DNA from: an uncultured Acidobacteriota bacterium
Lineage (GTDB): Bacteria; Acidobacteriota; Thermoanaerobaculia; UBA5066
NCBI GenBank assembly: GCA_963836285.1
Contig: CAWIIN010000003.1
Location: forward strand, 14,708 to 78,707
Direction: 5' to 3'
DNA length: 64,000 bases
Part shown: positions 9,684 through 18,994 of the stretch, one piece after another
How the letters are laid out: each line of letters opens with the position of its first letter
Numbering within the stretch: the stretch's first letter is position 1
Program-made: the position numbers and the translations under genes
The notes under the pieces: generated by a model
Seen by the model: the letters and a program-made list of their open reading frames with translations, nothing else
Database searches by the model: none
What the model was told of the DNA's origin: nothing

Positions 9684-10136
9684 TCAGACCCCGAACTGCC
9701 GCAGGTGATGGTCGAGGTGCTTGTACATGAGGACTCCCCACTCGTCTCCCTTGAGGCGCCCGAAGAAGGAGTGCATGCGCCCGTCCGCCGCGGACGCGCC
9801 GCCTTCACCGAATCGGTTCACGAGCGCGACGAGGCGCGTCTTCTCCCTCTCGAAATCCCGCGCGTCGGAAACGACGAACGTCGGGTCCGTCGGAGAGTTC
9901 TTCGAAAGGGGCTCCGTTCCGTGGAGGAACTTCTTCTTGACGAACGGGGCCAGCACCTTGCCGATGAAAGCCTGCGTCTTCGGAACGTCGCCGGCCGCAA
10001 CCTCCAGCGCGATCGCGCAGTGCGCGCACATCTGCGCCACGTCCATCTTCCCCCATAGGCGCGCCGCGTCCGGCCGCAGCCCGTCGAGGCGGTCGAGGAG
10101 CTCTCGCCGGTCCGACTGCTCGAAGAAATTCTTCAT
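9684..10136 (-). CDS. DUF1569 domain protein (DinB/YfiT-like)
   Basis: Start MKNFFEQSDRRELLDRLDGL... The C-terminal KHLDHHLRQFG is the DUF1569 signature. The N-terminal extension of the long ORF has no support. Confidence 0.65.
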   Translation of the reverse strand: MKNFFEQSDRRELLDRLDGLRPDAARLWGKMDVAQMCAHCAIALEVAAGDVPKTQAFIGKVLAPFVKKKFLHGTEPLSKNSPTDPTFVVSDARDFEREKTRLVALVNRFGEGGASAADGRMHSFFGRLKGDEWGVLMYKHLDHHLRQFGV

Positions 10137-10205
10137 TCCGGGGAGCCTATGCAAGGACCGCGGGCGGAGGCAAGCCACCCCCGGCCGGGTATACTCCGCG
10201 GCCGC

Positions 10206-10619
10206 ATGGAAAAGACATTCGCCATCATCAAGCCGGACGCCGTCGAATCGAAGAACGCCGGGAAGATCCTCTCGCGCATCGAGGCGGAGGGCTTCCGGGT
10301 CGTCGCGTTCAAGCGCCACGCCATCACGAAGATACAGGCCGAGTCCTTCTACGCCGAGCACGCGGGCAAGGGCTTCTTCAACTCCCTCGTCGCGTACATG
10401 ACGTCGGGGCCGGTCTACGTCGCCGTCCTCGAACGTGACAACGGCGTCGCGCACTGGCGCGCCACGATGGGCGCGACCGACCCCGCGAAGGCCGATGCCG
10501 GCACGATCCGCAGGGAGTTCGGCCAGTCCATCGAGCGCAACGCCGTGCACGGCTCGGCGAACCCGGCGGACGCGGCCCGCGAGGTCACGTTCTTCTTCCC
10601 CGCGTCCGACCTGCTCTAA
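10206..10619 (+). CDS. ndk: nucleoside diphosphate kinase
   Basis: MEKTFAIIKPDAVESKNAGKILSRIEAEGF... and the NAVHGSAN active-site His loop. Confidence 0.95.
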   Translation: MEKTFAIIKPDAVESKNAGKILSRIEAEGFRVVAFKRHAITKIQAESFYAEHAGKGFFNSLVAYMTSGPVYVAVLERDNGVAHWRATMGATDPAKADAGTIRREFGQSIERNAVHGSANPADAAREVTFFFPASDLL

Positions 10620-10748
10620 CGCCTCTTCCTGTAACGCACGTCACACTTTCAATTCCGCCGGCGCACGTCTGGCGGCCCCTTTGCTTCGTCGCACGGGAAA
10701 GGCGCCGACACTCCTGTGCGGGAAGGTTCTACACTGGCGCCACAAGTC

Positions 10749-11711
10749 ATGCTGACGGAGAGACTTCCGATTCTTCCGCTCCTCCTCGGCCCCGCCCTCA
10801 TGGTGGGCGCCGGGGTGTCCGCCCAGGTCTCCCCGGCGGCGAAAGCGACCGGTTCCGTCTCCGTCGGCTACGTAATGGTGCCCTTCGTCCTCACGGACCT
10901 GAAGGGCAAGCCGATCCCCGATCTCAAGGAGAAAGACGTCACGCTCCTCGTCGACGGCCATCCCGTCCGGACGGACCTCTTCTCGAGAAGCGACGACGCG
11001 CCCGTCTCATTCACGATCCTCCTCGACGGCTCGGGCTCGATGGGGCTCGTCGGCAAGATGCCCGGCGCGCGCGCCGCGTTGCGCGCGCTCGTCGAGCAGA
11101 GGCTCCCGGGTGACGACTTCTCGCTCTACGTCTTCTCGTCGGGCGAGGTGCGCGAGGTCGTGCCCTTCACCTCCGACGTGCGGAAGCTCCTCGCGGCCGT
11201 CGACACCGTGACCCCGCACGGGCGCACGGCGTTCTACGACGCGCTCGCCCGCATGCCGGACCGCACGCTCCTCGGTCGCAACGGTTCGCGCGCGATCGTC
11301 CTCCTGACCGACGGAATCGACAACGCGTCCGAGCTCACGCGCGACGACCTCGCGGCAATCCTCGAGGGCGTCGACGTTCCCGTCTATCCGATCGGCCTGA
11401 GGTCGCCCGGGCCTCCGGTCGCGCCGCCGCCAGGCGTCACCCCGGAGGCGCTCCTGAACCTCGAAATCCTCGGGCACGTCGCGCGCCTCTCGGGAGGCCT
11501 GCTCTCGATCGTCGACGACGCCGCGCAGCTGCCGGCCGCGATCACGCGCGTCGAAAGGGACCTGCGCACGCAGTACCTCGTGGGCTTCACGCCCACCGGC
11601 GCGGGCCCGGTCCGTTTCCGTCGCATCTCGCTCCGCCTTTCAGGCCCCGCACGACCCGTCCGCGTCCGGGCGGGCTACCGGGGCACGCTGCCGCCTTTCA
11701 AGGGCGGCTGA
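10749..11711 (+). CDS. VWA domain protein (VWFA-related Acidobacterial domain family), secreted
   Basis: Signal peptide MLTERLPILPLLLGPALMVGAGVSAQ. MIDAS motif DGSGSM. The C-terminal [12 protein letters not shown] is shared with the paralogue at 60339..61835. Confidence 0.75.
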   Translation: MLTERLPILPLLLGPALMVGAGVSAQVSPAAKATGSVSVGYVMVPFVLTDLKGKPIPDLKEKDVTLLVDGHPVRTDLFSRSDDAPVSFTILLDGSGSMGLVGKMPGARAALRALVEQRLPGDDFSLYVFSSGEVREVVPFTSDVRKLLAAVDTVTPHGRTAFYDALARMPDRTLLGRNGSRAIVLLTDGIDNASELTRDDLAAILEGVDVPVYPIGLRSPGPPVAPPPGVTPEALLNLEILGHVARLSGGLLSIVDDAAQLPAAITRVERDLRTQYLVGFTPTGAGPVRFRRISLRLSGPARPVRVRAGYRGTLPPFKGG

Positions 11712-11730
11712 AATCCCAACAGGAGGACTC

Positions 11731-12363
11731 ATGAAGACCCCCGTCACTCTCCTCGCGGCCGCCGTCGGCCTTTCGCTCGCCTCGTGCGCGACGACGACCG
11801 ACATCGACAAGAAGATCGCGGAATCGCAGACGAAGACCGACAAGAAGATCGAGTCGGTCGAGACGCAGGTCGAGCAGCTCCAGGAGGGGCAGAAGTCGAC
11901 CTCGGGCAAGGTGGAGGAGCAGGGCAAGCAGATCGAGCAGCTCGGCCAGTCCGCCAAGGACGCGCTCGCCCGCGCCCAGGAGGCCGGCGTCCTCGCGAAG
12001 GGCAAGATCGTCTTCCAGCAGTCGTTCGCCGAGGACCGCGTGCGCTTCAAGATCAACTCCTTCGACCTGACGAAGGAGGCGAAGGCCGCCCTCGACGAGT
12101 TCGCGGCGAAGGTCAAGGCCCTGGACAAGGGTGTGTATCTCGAGATCCAGGGGCACACGGACGACACGGGCGGCACGGACTACAACGACCAGCTCGGCCA
12201 GCAGCGAGCAGAGGCCGTCCGCCGTTACCTCGCCCGCCAGCACCACCTCGCACTCGGCCGCATGTCGACGATCTCGTACGGCGACACGCTTCCGGTCGAG
12301 AGCAACAAGACGGCGCTCGGCCGCTCCAAGAACCGCCGCGTCGTGGTCGTCGTCCTCGAGTAG
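11731..12363 (+). CDS. OmpA-family lipoprotein with coiled-coil N-terminal region
   Basis: SD AGGAGGA upstream. Lipobox LSLASC. Q/E/K-rich coiled coil, then an OmpA-like C-terminal domain (FDLTKEAKAALDEF...IQGHTDDTGGTDYNDQLGQQRAEAVRRYL). Confidence 0.85.
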   Translation: MKTPVTLLAAAVGLSLASCATTTDIDKKIAESQTKTDKKIESVETQVEQLQEGQKSTSGKVEEQGKQIEQLGQSAKDALARAQEAGVLAKGKIVFQQSFAEDRVRFKINSFDLTKEAKAALDEFAAKVKALDKGVYLEIQGHTDDTGGTDYNDQLGQQRAEAVRRYLARQHHLALGRMSTISYGDTLPVESNKTALGRSKNRRVVVVVLE

Positions 12364-12387
12364 AAGAAAGAAACACCGGAGATTCTG

Positions 12388-12418
12388 CAGCGGGCCCTCA
12401 CGGGCCCGCTGATTTCTT
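12388..12418 (+). terminator. rho-independent terminator downstream of the OmpA-family gene
   Basis: Perfect 10-bp stem CAGCGGGCCC / GGGCCCGCTG with a 4-nt loop (TCAC), followed by ATTTCTT. Confidence 0.7.
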
Positions 12419-12504
12419 AGAAGGGTGTTTGCAGCGACGCGCCCAAGTGACCGCGGCGCGGTGACCGCCGCCTCGGCGCCACACACACCTTCTAAGAAAA
12501 TCTT

Positions 12505-13401
12505 CTATCTCTTCTTTCTCCCCTTCTTCCTCAGATCCTCCAGCAGCTTGAGGAAGTCGCCGGGGGGGTCCGCGTCGAGCGAGACGACCTTGCCTTCCTC
12601 CGTCTTCCAGCCGAGGTGCCCGGCGTGGAGCGCCTGGCGCGGGAACGGGACGGGGAACGGCTTCGCCTTGCGGTCGCGGTAGACGGAGTCGCCGACGAGG
12701 ACGTGACCCGCGTTCGCGAAGTGGATGCGGATCTGGTGGGTGCGCCCGGTCTTCAGGCGGGCCTCGACGAGCGTCGCGATCCCGAAGCGTTCGAGGACGG
12801 TCCACTCCGTGACCGCCTTGAGCCCCGGCTCCCCCGGTTTCGCGACGCCGCGGCGCCTCTCCCCGGGCTCGGCGACGAGATCCCGGTCGAACGTGCCCGC
12901 GTCGCCGGCGAGGTCGCCCTCGACGACCGCCCGGTACCGCCGGTCCATCGTGTGCGCGCGCAGCTGCGCCTGCATGCCGATCAGGCCGCGCCGGCTCCGG
13001 GCGAAGACGAGGATCCCGGACGTCTCCTTGTCGAGCCGGTGGACGACGGACACGAACGTCCGCGCGCCGCCGCCGTGCCGCTTCTGGACGTACGTCGAGA
13101 CGCGCGCGAGGAGCGTTTCCTTCTCCTTGGCCTCCGTGGGGTGCGTGAGGAGACCCGACGGCTTGAAGACCGCGATCGCGTCGTCGTCCTCGTACAGGAC
13201 CTTCAGGGCCGTCGCGACGCGGCGCTCGATGCGGCGGTCGCGGTCCCACACGAGGTCGGCCCCCGGCGCCACGAGTGCGCCGGGATCGTTCACGACGGCG
13301 CCGTTCACCGAGACCTGGCCCTCGAGGACGGCGCGCTTGAGGCGCGCCCCCGAAAACGTGGGGTAGCGGGTTCGCAGCGCGGGGACGATTCGAGACTCCA
13401 C
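12505..13401 (-). CDS. rluA: RluA-family 23S rRNA pseudouridine synthase (S4 + PseudoU_synth_2)
   Basis: GTG start (VESRIVPAL...). S4-like N-terminal region and the HRLDKETSGILVFA catalytic-Asp motif. Lys-rich C-terminus. The long ORF up to 14508 is rejected. Confidence 0.8.
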   Translation of the reverse strand: MESRIVPALRTRYPTFSGARLKRAVLEGQVSVNGAVVNDPGALVAPGADLVWDRDRRIERRVATALKVLYEDDDAIAVFKPSGLLTHPTEAKEKETLLARVSTYVQKRHGGGARTFVSVVHRLDKETSGILVFARSRRGLIGMQAQLRAHTMDRRYRAVVEGDLAGDAGTFDRDLVAEPGERRRGVAKPGEPGLKAVTEWTVLERFGIATLVEARLKTGRTHQIRIHFANAGHVLVGDSVYRDRKAKPFPVPFPRQALHAGHLGWKTEEGKVVSLDADPPGDFLKLLEDLRKKGRKKR

Positions 13402-13440
13402 GCCCCGATCCTCGCACGTCCCGCCGGTTAGACTCGCGCC

Positions 13441-14721
13441 ATGGCCGACCGATCCGTCTTCCGGCGCCGCCGCGCCCGCTTTTTCGACGCGATGGGCGAG
13501 GGCGTCGCGCTCCTCTTCGCCGCCCCCGAGGCGTCGTTCGGATACGACGTTCACTACCGCTACCGACCCGACCCGGATTTCTTCTACCTGACCGGCTTCG
13601 CCGAGCCCGGAGCGACCGCCGTCCTCGACGCGGACTCGCGGACGTTCACGCTCTTCGTGCTCCCACGCGATCGCGAGCGCGAGACGTGGGAGGGCCGCCG
13701 CGCGGGACCCGAGGGCGCCGTGAAGACGTTCGGGGCCGACCGGGCGTTCCCGGCTGACGAGCTCGGCCGGCGACTGCCGGACCTCGTCCGCAAGGCGCGC
13801 GTGCTTCACCACGCGCTCGGCCTCTCGGACGCGAGCGACCGGCTCGTCGCCGGGCTCCTCGCGCGCTTCCGGCGCGAGGCGCGCCACCCGAACAGGGGCC
13901 CCGTGACGGTCGCCGACCCGACAGACGTTCTCCACGCGATGCGGCTCGTGAAGGCGCCCGAGGAGATCGCGCTCCTCGAGCGCGCCGCCGCAATCGCGGT
14001 TTCGGCTCACCGCGACGCGCAGCGGACGGCGCGGCCCGGGCGGTTCGAGTACGAGATCGAGGCGGCCGTCGACCGGCGGTTCCGCGCGATGGGCGCGAGC
14101 GGCCCGGCCTACCCGACGATCGTCGCCTCGGGCGAGAACGCGACGATCCTCCACTACGTCGAGAACGCCCGCCGGCTCGCGGCGGGCGACCTCGTCCTCG
14201 TGGACGCGGGGTGCGAGGTCGCGGGCTACGCGTCCGACGTGACGCGGACGTTTCCCGCGACGGGACGGTTCACGCGGCCGCAGGCGCGGCTCTACGGAGC
14301 CGTCCTCGCGGCCCAGCGCGCGGCGATCGCCGCCGTGAGGCCCGGCGCGCCGTGGGACGCTCCGCACGAGGCGGCGCGCGCCGTCCTTCTGGACGCGCTC
14401 CTCGACCTCGGCCTCCTGAAAGGCCGGCGCGAGACGCTGCGGAAGAAGAACGCCGCGCAGCGGTTCGCGCTCCATCACACGTCGCACTGGCTCGGTCTCG
14501 ACGTGCACGACCGGGGGCGGTACCGTGACGAGCGCGGCCGCCCACGGCCGCTCGCCGCCGGCATGGTCCTCACGATCGAGCCGGGTCTCTACGTCCGGCC
14601 GGACGAGACGCGCGTGCCGAAGGAGTACCTCGGTCTCGGGATCCGCATCGAGGACGACGTCCTCGTGACGGAATCCGGCGCGCGGGTCCTGACGGGGAAT
14701 GCGCCGAAGGCCGGCGCCTAG
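13441..14721 (+). CDS. pepP: Xaa-Pro aminopeptidase (M24B family)
   Basis: Creatinase/prolidase N-terminal region plus M24 metal-ligand motifs (DAGCEVAGYASDVTRTF, HHTSHWLGLDVHD, LTIEPGLY). Confidence 0.9.
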   Translation: MADRSVFRRRRARFFDAMGEGVALLFAAPEASFGYDVHYRYRPDPDFFYLTGFAEPGATAVLDADSRTFTLFVLPRDRERETWEGRRAGPEGAVKTFGADRAFPADELGRRLPDLVRKARVLHHALGLSDASDRLVAGLLARFRREARHPNRGPVTVADPTDVLHAMRLVKAPEEIALLERAAAIAVSAHRDAQRTARPGRFEYEIEAAVDRRFRAMGASGPAYPTIVASGENATILHYVENARRLAAGDLVLVDAGCEVAGYASDVTRTFPATGRFTRPQARLYGAVLAAQRAAIAAVRPGAPWDAPHEAARAVLLDALLDLGLLKGRRETLRKKNAAQRFALHHTSHWLGLDVHDRGRYRDERGRPRPLAAGMVLTIEPGLYVRPDETRVPKEYLGLGIRIEDDVLVTESGARVLTGNAPKAGA

Positions 14722-15191
14722 ATCCAGCGCCGCGTGCGGGCCTTGAACGAGCGGTACGTGTCCCCGAATCTCCGCTCGAGGTAGGCCTCCTCACGGTCGA
14801 TCACGAGCCGGCGCAGCGCGAGCCAGACGGGAGGAAGCACCGCGAGGAGCCACGGCGTGTTCGCGACGAGCGCGAGCGCGGCCGTGAAGACCGAGAGGCC
14901 GACGTACATCGGGTTGCGCGAGACGCGGTACGGGCCCCACGTCACGAGAGCGCTCACGGGATGATTCGGGTGCGGCGTCGTCCGCGCTCGGACGAACGTG
15001 AGGAACGCCCACCCGCCGAAGGCGAGGCCGAGGAGGGAGAGCGCGGCCCCGGCGAACGCGGCCTCTCCCTCGACGCGGAGGGGAACGAGCCGGACCGGGG
15101 CGAGCCAACGCAGGAGGTAGCCCACGCCGATCCCGACGCCGAAGAGGACCGGAGGCACGACCAGGACGTTCGCGTGATCTTCGGTGGACAT
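14718..15191 (-). CDS. isoprenylcysteine carboxyl methyltransferase (ICMT/PEMT) family membrane protein
   Basis: Multiple TM helices. The C-terminal RVSRNPMYVGL...EEAYLERRFGDTY matches the ICMT/phospholipid methyltransferase signature. Its 4-nt convergent overlap with the pepP stop is noted. Confidence 0.7.
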   Translation of the reverse strand: MSTEDHANVLVVPPVLFGVGIGVGYLLRWLAPVRLVPLRVEGEAAFAGAALSLLGLAFGGWAFLTFVRARTTPHPNHPVSALVTWGPYRVSRNPMYVGLSVFTAALALVANTPWLLAVLPPVWLALRRLVIDREEAYLERRFGDTYRSFKARTRRWI

Positions 15192-15245
15192 CGGTTCGGG
15201 CAGGATAACCGGCGGCGGGGCGCGGTGTCCCGCTCCGGTCGGCCC

Positions 15246-16775
15246 TCAGCGCGTCCCCACGCGTCGCCGCGCCGGGCCTCCCTCCAGCGCGGCATCGGAG
15301 GGCAGCCATTCCCTCGCCGATCCGTCGTCCATGACGAGACACTGCGGGCCGGGAAGAGCGCGCAGCCGCGCGGACAGCGCCCGATTGCGGTCCGGGCTGT
15401 GGTACGGAATGAACCGCACACGCTCGTCGCTCAGGAACTGAAGAGTGTACGAGGTGTCGTACCCCGCGTGGCAGACCGTGTAGCCCTGCCGCACGATCGC
15501 CTCGACCGTCGGCCGAGAGTCGGGCTCGAGAAGGATGTCCGCGACCGTGCGCCCCGCCTGCCGCCAGAGAAACACGGCCACGAGGAGCGCGAGCCCCGCC
15601 GACGCGGCCGCGACGAGCGCGGCGGGAGCCCTCCGCCTCAGGAGGCGCGTGGTTTCCGAGAACGCGACGGCGAGGAGAGCCAGCACGGGCGGAAGCGCGG
15701 GGGTGACGTAGCGCAGCTGGGCCGGGTCGACGTTCATGAAGACGAGCGCCGCCGCGGCGAGCGCCGCGATCGAGGCGACGAGGAGGAGACCCGCGGCAGG
15801 AGCACGAGGGCGGCCGGACTCGGCGACTCCGGGGCGCCTCGCGCGCCGCGTCGCGGCGAGAAGCCCCGCGAGGAGGACGGCCGCCGCGCCGACGAGGACG
15901 GGCGCCGGAGCGAGCCCCTCGAGACCCGTGAGGCGCCAGAACTCCCCGCCGACGAAATGGACGAGCCGGACCGGGGCATCCGCCAGGCGCCACGGGGGGA
16001 CGACCGGGCCCGCGGCCGGCTCGTACCAGCCGAGGAGGCGCCCCAGCCAGACCGGCGCATAGCCGACGAGGGCGCCGACGACGAGCGGCGCCGTGTCGCG
16101 CGCCCCGCGTCGCCCGGGGCGCAGCAGGACGACGGCCGCGGCCGGGAGGAGAACGAAGACGATCGTCTGGTTCATCCACCAGCCGATTCCCGCGATCAGT
16201 CCGAAGGCGAATCGCCCCCAAAACCCGTCGACGACGGGCCGTGGATGCTTCAGGACGTTCGCCGCCAGGAGGAACAGCAGGGAACCGAGCAGGAAGGACA
16301 TCTCGGGCCCGAGTCCGCTCTTGTGAAGCGCCGACAGCCGGACGAAGAACGGTGGGCCGATGGCCATCCAGAATCCGGCGGCCGCGGCGATCACGCGCCC
16401 GAAAAGCGGCCCGAATGCCAGAACGTAGATGCAGATGCCGAGCGCGATCTCTCCCATGCTGGCCAGCCGCAGCGCGATCGGCCCGCCCTCGACTCCGATG
16501 CCCGCGGGGTCGAGGAACACCCTGCGAATCCCGGCGGCGAGGGCGGGTGTCAGCGGGCCCATGTAGTTCTGCCCCCAGAAGAAGACGTCGAATCCCGCCC
16601 CGTCGTGGATCTTCTTCGCCATGAGGCCGAAGATCGCGCTGTCTCCGTTCCAGCCGCGCGCCGAGCCCTCCACGGTGAGGAGCGGGAGCCTCACGAGGAC
16701 GAAGACGGCGAGGACGGCCGCGATCGACGCCGCGCCGAGGAGCGATTCTCTCCGGTCCGTTCCTGGGGTCTTCAC
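15246..16775 (-). CDS. glycosyltransferase family 39 / ArnT-like membrane glycosyltransferase
   Basis: About 12 TM helices. N-terminal DxD-like loop (SAIFGLMAKKIHDG). The overall pattern resembles the dolichyl-phosphate-mannose/ArnT families. Confidence 0.6.
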   Translation of the reverse strand: MKTPGTDRRESLLGAASIAAVLAVFVLVRLPLLTVEGSARGWNGDSAIFGLMAKKIHDGAGFDVFFWGQNYMGPLTPALAAGIRRVFLDPAGIGVEGGPIALRLASMGEIALGICIYVLAFGPLFGRVIAAAAGFWMAIGPPFFVRLSALHKSGLGPEMSFLLGSLLFLLAANVLKHPRPVVDGFWGRFAFGLIAGIGWWMNQTIVFVLLPAAAVVLLRPGRRGARDTAPLVVGALVGYAPVWLGRLLGWYEPAAGPVVPPWRLADAPVRLVHFVGGEFWRLTGLEGLAPAPVLVGAAAVLLAGLLAATRRARRPGVAESGRPRAPAAGLLLVASIAALAAAALVFMNVDPAQLRYVTPALPPVLALLAVAFSETTRLLRRRAPAALVAAASAGLALLVAVFLWRQAGRTVADILLEPDSRPTVEAIVRQGYTVCHAGYDTSYTLQFLSDERVRFIPYHSPDRNRALSARLRALPGPQCLVMDDGSAREWLPSDAALEGGPARRRVGTR

Positions 16776-16788
16776 GTCCCCGGGACTT

Positions 16789-18930
16789 CTACTTCGCGAT
16801 GCCCAGTCGCGTCAGGAGGAACGCCTCGTCGAGCGCGATCTCGTGAAGGTAGTCGTACCGCCCCGACGCGCCGCCGTGGCCTGCGGCCATGTTCGTCTTC
16901 AGGAGCAACGGGTTCGCGTCGGTCTTGAGCGTACGCAGGCGCGCGACGTACTTCGCGGGCTCGTGGTAGAAGACCTGGCTGTCGTTGAACGACGTCTTCA
17001 CGAGCATCGCGGGGTACACGCCCTTCTTGAGGTTCGTGTACGGGCAGTACGTCCGGATGACCTCGTACTCGTCCTTCTTCGCCGGGTTTCCCCACTCCTC
17101 GTACTCGCCGACCGTGAGCGGCAGCGTCGCGTCGCTCATCGTGTTCAGGACGTCCACGAACGGCACGTGCGCGATCACGGCCGTGAAGAGGTCACGCCGC
17201 ATGTTCACGACGGCGCCCATGAGGAGGCCGCCGGCGCTCCCGCCCTCGATCGCGAGGCGGTCCTTCGCGGCGATCTTCTCCGCGACGAGATGCTCGGCGG
17301 CCGCGACGAAGTCCGTGAACGTGTTGCGCTTGTTCTTCATCCGGCCCGCGTCGTGCCAGGCCTTCCCCATCTCGCCCCCACCGCGGATGTGGGCGACGAC
17401 GTAGACGACGCCGCGGTCGAGGAGCGGGAGCCGGTCGGAGCGGAACGTGACGGGGATCGGGATGCCGTACGAGCCGTAGCCGTAGAGGAGCGTCGGGAAC
17501 GGTCCGTCCTTGAGCGTCCGCGCCGTGCCGTCCGCCGCCTTCGAGCGCCAGACGACCGAGAGCGGGATCTTCGTCCCGTCCGAGGCCGTCGCCCAGAGTC
17601 GCGCCGACGAGTACCGGGTCCGGTCGAAGCCCGGCACCTCCCATTCCTTGAGGAGCGTGGCCTTGCGCGCGTCCATGTCGTAGTCGAAGACGGACTGGGG
17701 CGTCACGAAGGACTGGTAGTCGTAGCGGAAGAACTTCGTGTCCCACACGCGGTTCGTTTCGGGGCTCGCCGTGTAGACGGGCTCAGGGAACGACACGGCG
17801 TGCGACGCGCCGGTCGTAAAGCTCCGGACCGTGAAGCGCGGGAGCCCGTGCGCGCGCTCCTCGAGGACGAGATGGTCCTTGAAGAGGTCGACGCCCTCGA
17901 GCATCACATCGGGTCGGTGCGGGACGATCTCCTTCCAGTTCGCGCGCCCGGGGGCCGCGATGGGCGCCGTCACGAGCCGGAAGTTGCGCCCTCCGGAGTT
18001 CGTCCGGATGTAGAAGAGATCGCCGCGGTGGTCGACGTCGTACTCGTGGTCCTGCTCGCGCGCGGCGACGAGCGTCCACGTGCCGTCGGGCACGTCGGCG
18101 CGAAGGACGCGAGCCTCCGACGTCGTGTGGCTCGCGCTCTCCATCACGAGCCAGTCCCGGCTCCGCGTCCGGCCCACGTGGACGCCGAACCTCTCGTCCT
18201 TCTCCTCGTAGAGGAGCGCGTCCGCGAACACCAGCGTCCCGACCCGGTGCCGGTAGACGCGGTGCGAGCGCTTCGTCGTCTCGTCCTCGACCGAGTAGAA
18301 GAGAGTCTTTCCGTCCGCCGCCCACGCCACGCTCGTGACGCGCAGCATCCGCTCGGGGAGGAGCGCGCCGGTCTTCAGGTCCTTGACGGCGAGCGTGTAC
18401 TGGCGGAAGCCCGTGTCGTCCGTCGAGTACGCGAGGAGGCTCCCGTCGTCCGACGGGCGGAACGCACCGAGCGACATGAACTTCTTGCCCGCGGCGAGCG
18501 CGTTCAGGTCCACGAGGACCTGTTCGGCGCCCTCCGGGAAGGGCTTCCGGCAGTGGATCCGGTACTGCTTCCCCTTCTCCGTCCGGTAGTAGTAGAGGAA
18601 CGCGCCGTCGCGATAGGGAACGGAGAGGTCGGTCTCCTTTACGTGCGCGACCATCTCGTCGTAGAGCCCCTTCTGCAGGGGCTCGGTCGGCTTCAGGATC
18701 GCGTCGGTGTACGCGTTCTCGGCCTCGAGGTACGCGGCGACCTCCGGGTTCGGCTTGTCGCGCAGCCAGTAGTACGGGTCGGGCCGCGGGTCGCCGTGGA
18801 GAAGGTGAGTCATCTCCACCTTCTTCGCCACGGGTGGAGTCGGCGGCGCGGGCGCGGCCGTCTGGGCGTTGGCGGGGGAAGCGGCGGTCGTCATCGTGAG
18901 GAGAAGGATCGGGAGGGACGCATGTCGCAC
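16789..18930 (-). CDS. ptrB: oligopeptidase B (protease II, S9A prolyl oligopeptidase family)
   Basis: Signal peptide. Beta-propeller region. The catalytic-domain GGSAGGLLMG nucleophile elbow and the C-terminal MAAGHGGASGRYD motif are present. Confidence 0.9.
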   Translation of the reverse strand: MRHASLPILLLTMTTAASPANAQTAAPAPPTPPVAKKVEMTHLLHGDPRPDPYYWLRDKPNPEVAAYLEAENAYTDAILKPTEPLQKGLYDEMVAHVKETDLSVPYRDGAFLYYYRTEKGKQYRIHCRKPFPEGAEQVLVDLNALAAGKKFMSLGAFRPSDDGSLLAYSTDDTGFRQYTLAVKDLKTGALLPERMLRVTSVAWAADGKTLFYSVEDETTKRSHRVYRHRVGTLVFADALLYEEKDERFGVHVGRTRSRDWLVMESASHTTSEARVLRADVPDGTWTLVAAREQDHEYDVDHRGDLFYIRTNSGGRNFRLVTAPIAAPGRANWKEIVPHRPDVMLEGVDLFKDHLVLEERAHGLPRFTVRSFTTGASHAVSFPEPVYTASPETNRVWDTKFFRYDYQSFVTPQSVFDYDMDARKATLLKEWEVPGFDRTRYSSARLWATASDGTKIPLSVVWRSKAADGTARTLKDGPFPTLLYGYGSYGIPIPVTFRSDRLPLLDRGVVYVVAHIRGGGEMGKAWHDAGRMKNKRNTFTDFVAAAEHLVAEKIAAKDRLAIEGGSAGGLLMGAVVNMRRDLFTAVIAHVPFVDVLNTMSDATLPLTVGEYEEWGNPAKKDEYEVIRTYCPYTNLKKGVYPAMLVKTSFNDSQVFYHEPAKYVARLRTLKTDANPLLLKTNMAAGHGGASGRYDYLHEIALDEAFLLTRLGIAK

Positions 18931-18994
18931 GAAGGCCTCCAGTCCCGGGAAGCGGCAGGTTACCTCAGGATCGGATCGAGCGGCTCTGGCGGGA

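Noticed and set aside
8329-9730. ORF-track calls 8329..9165 and 9068..9730 as two separate proteins
   Set aside because: Both are fragments or alternate frames of the single frameshifted PIG-L/LmbE gene. The 9068 ORF has no family signal in its own frame.
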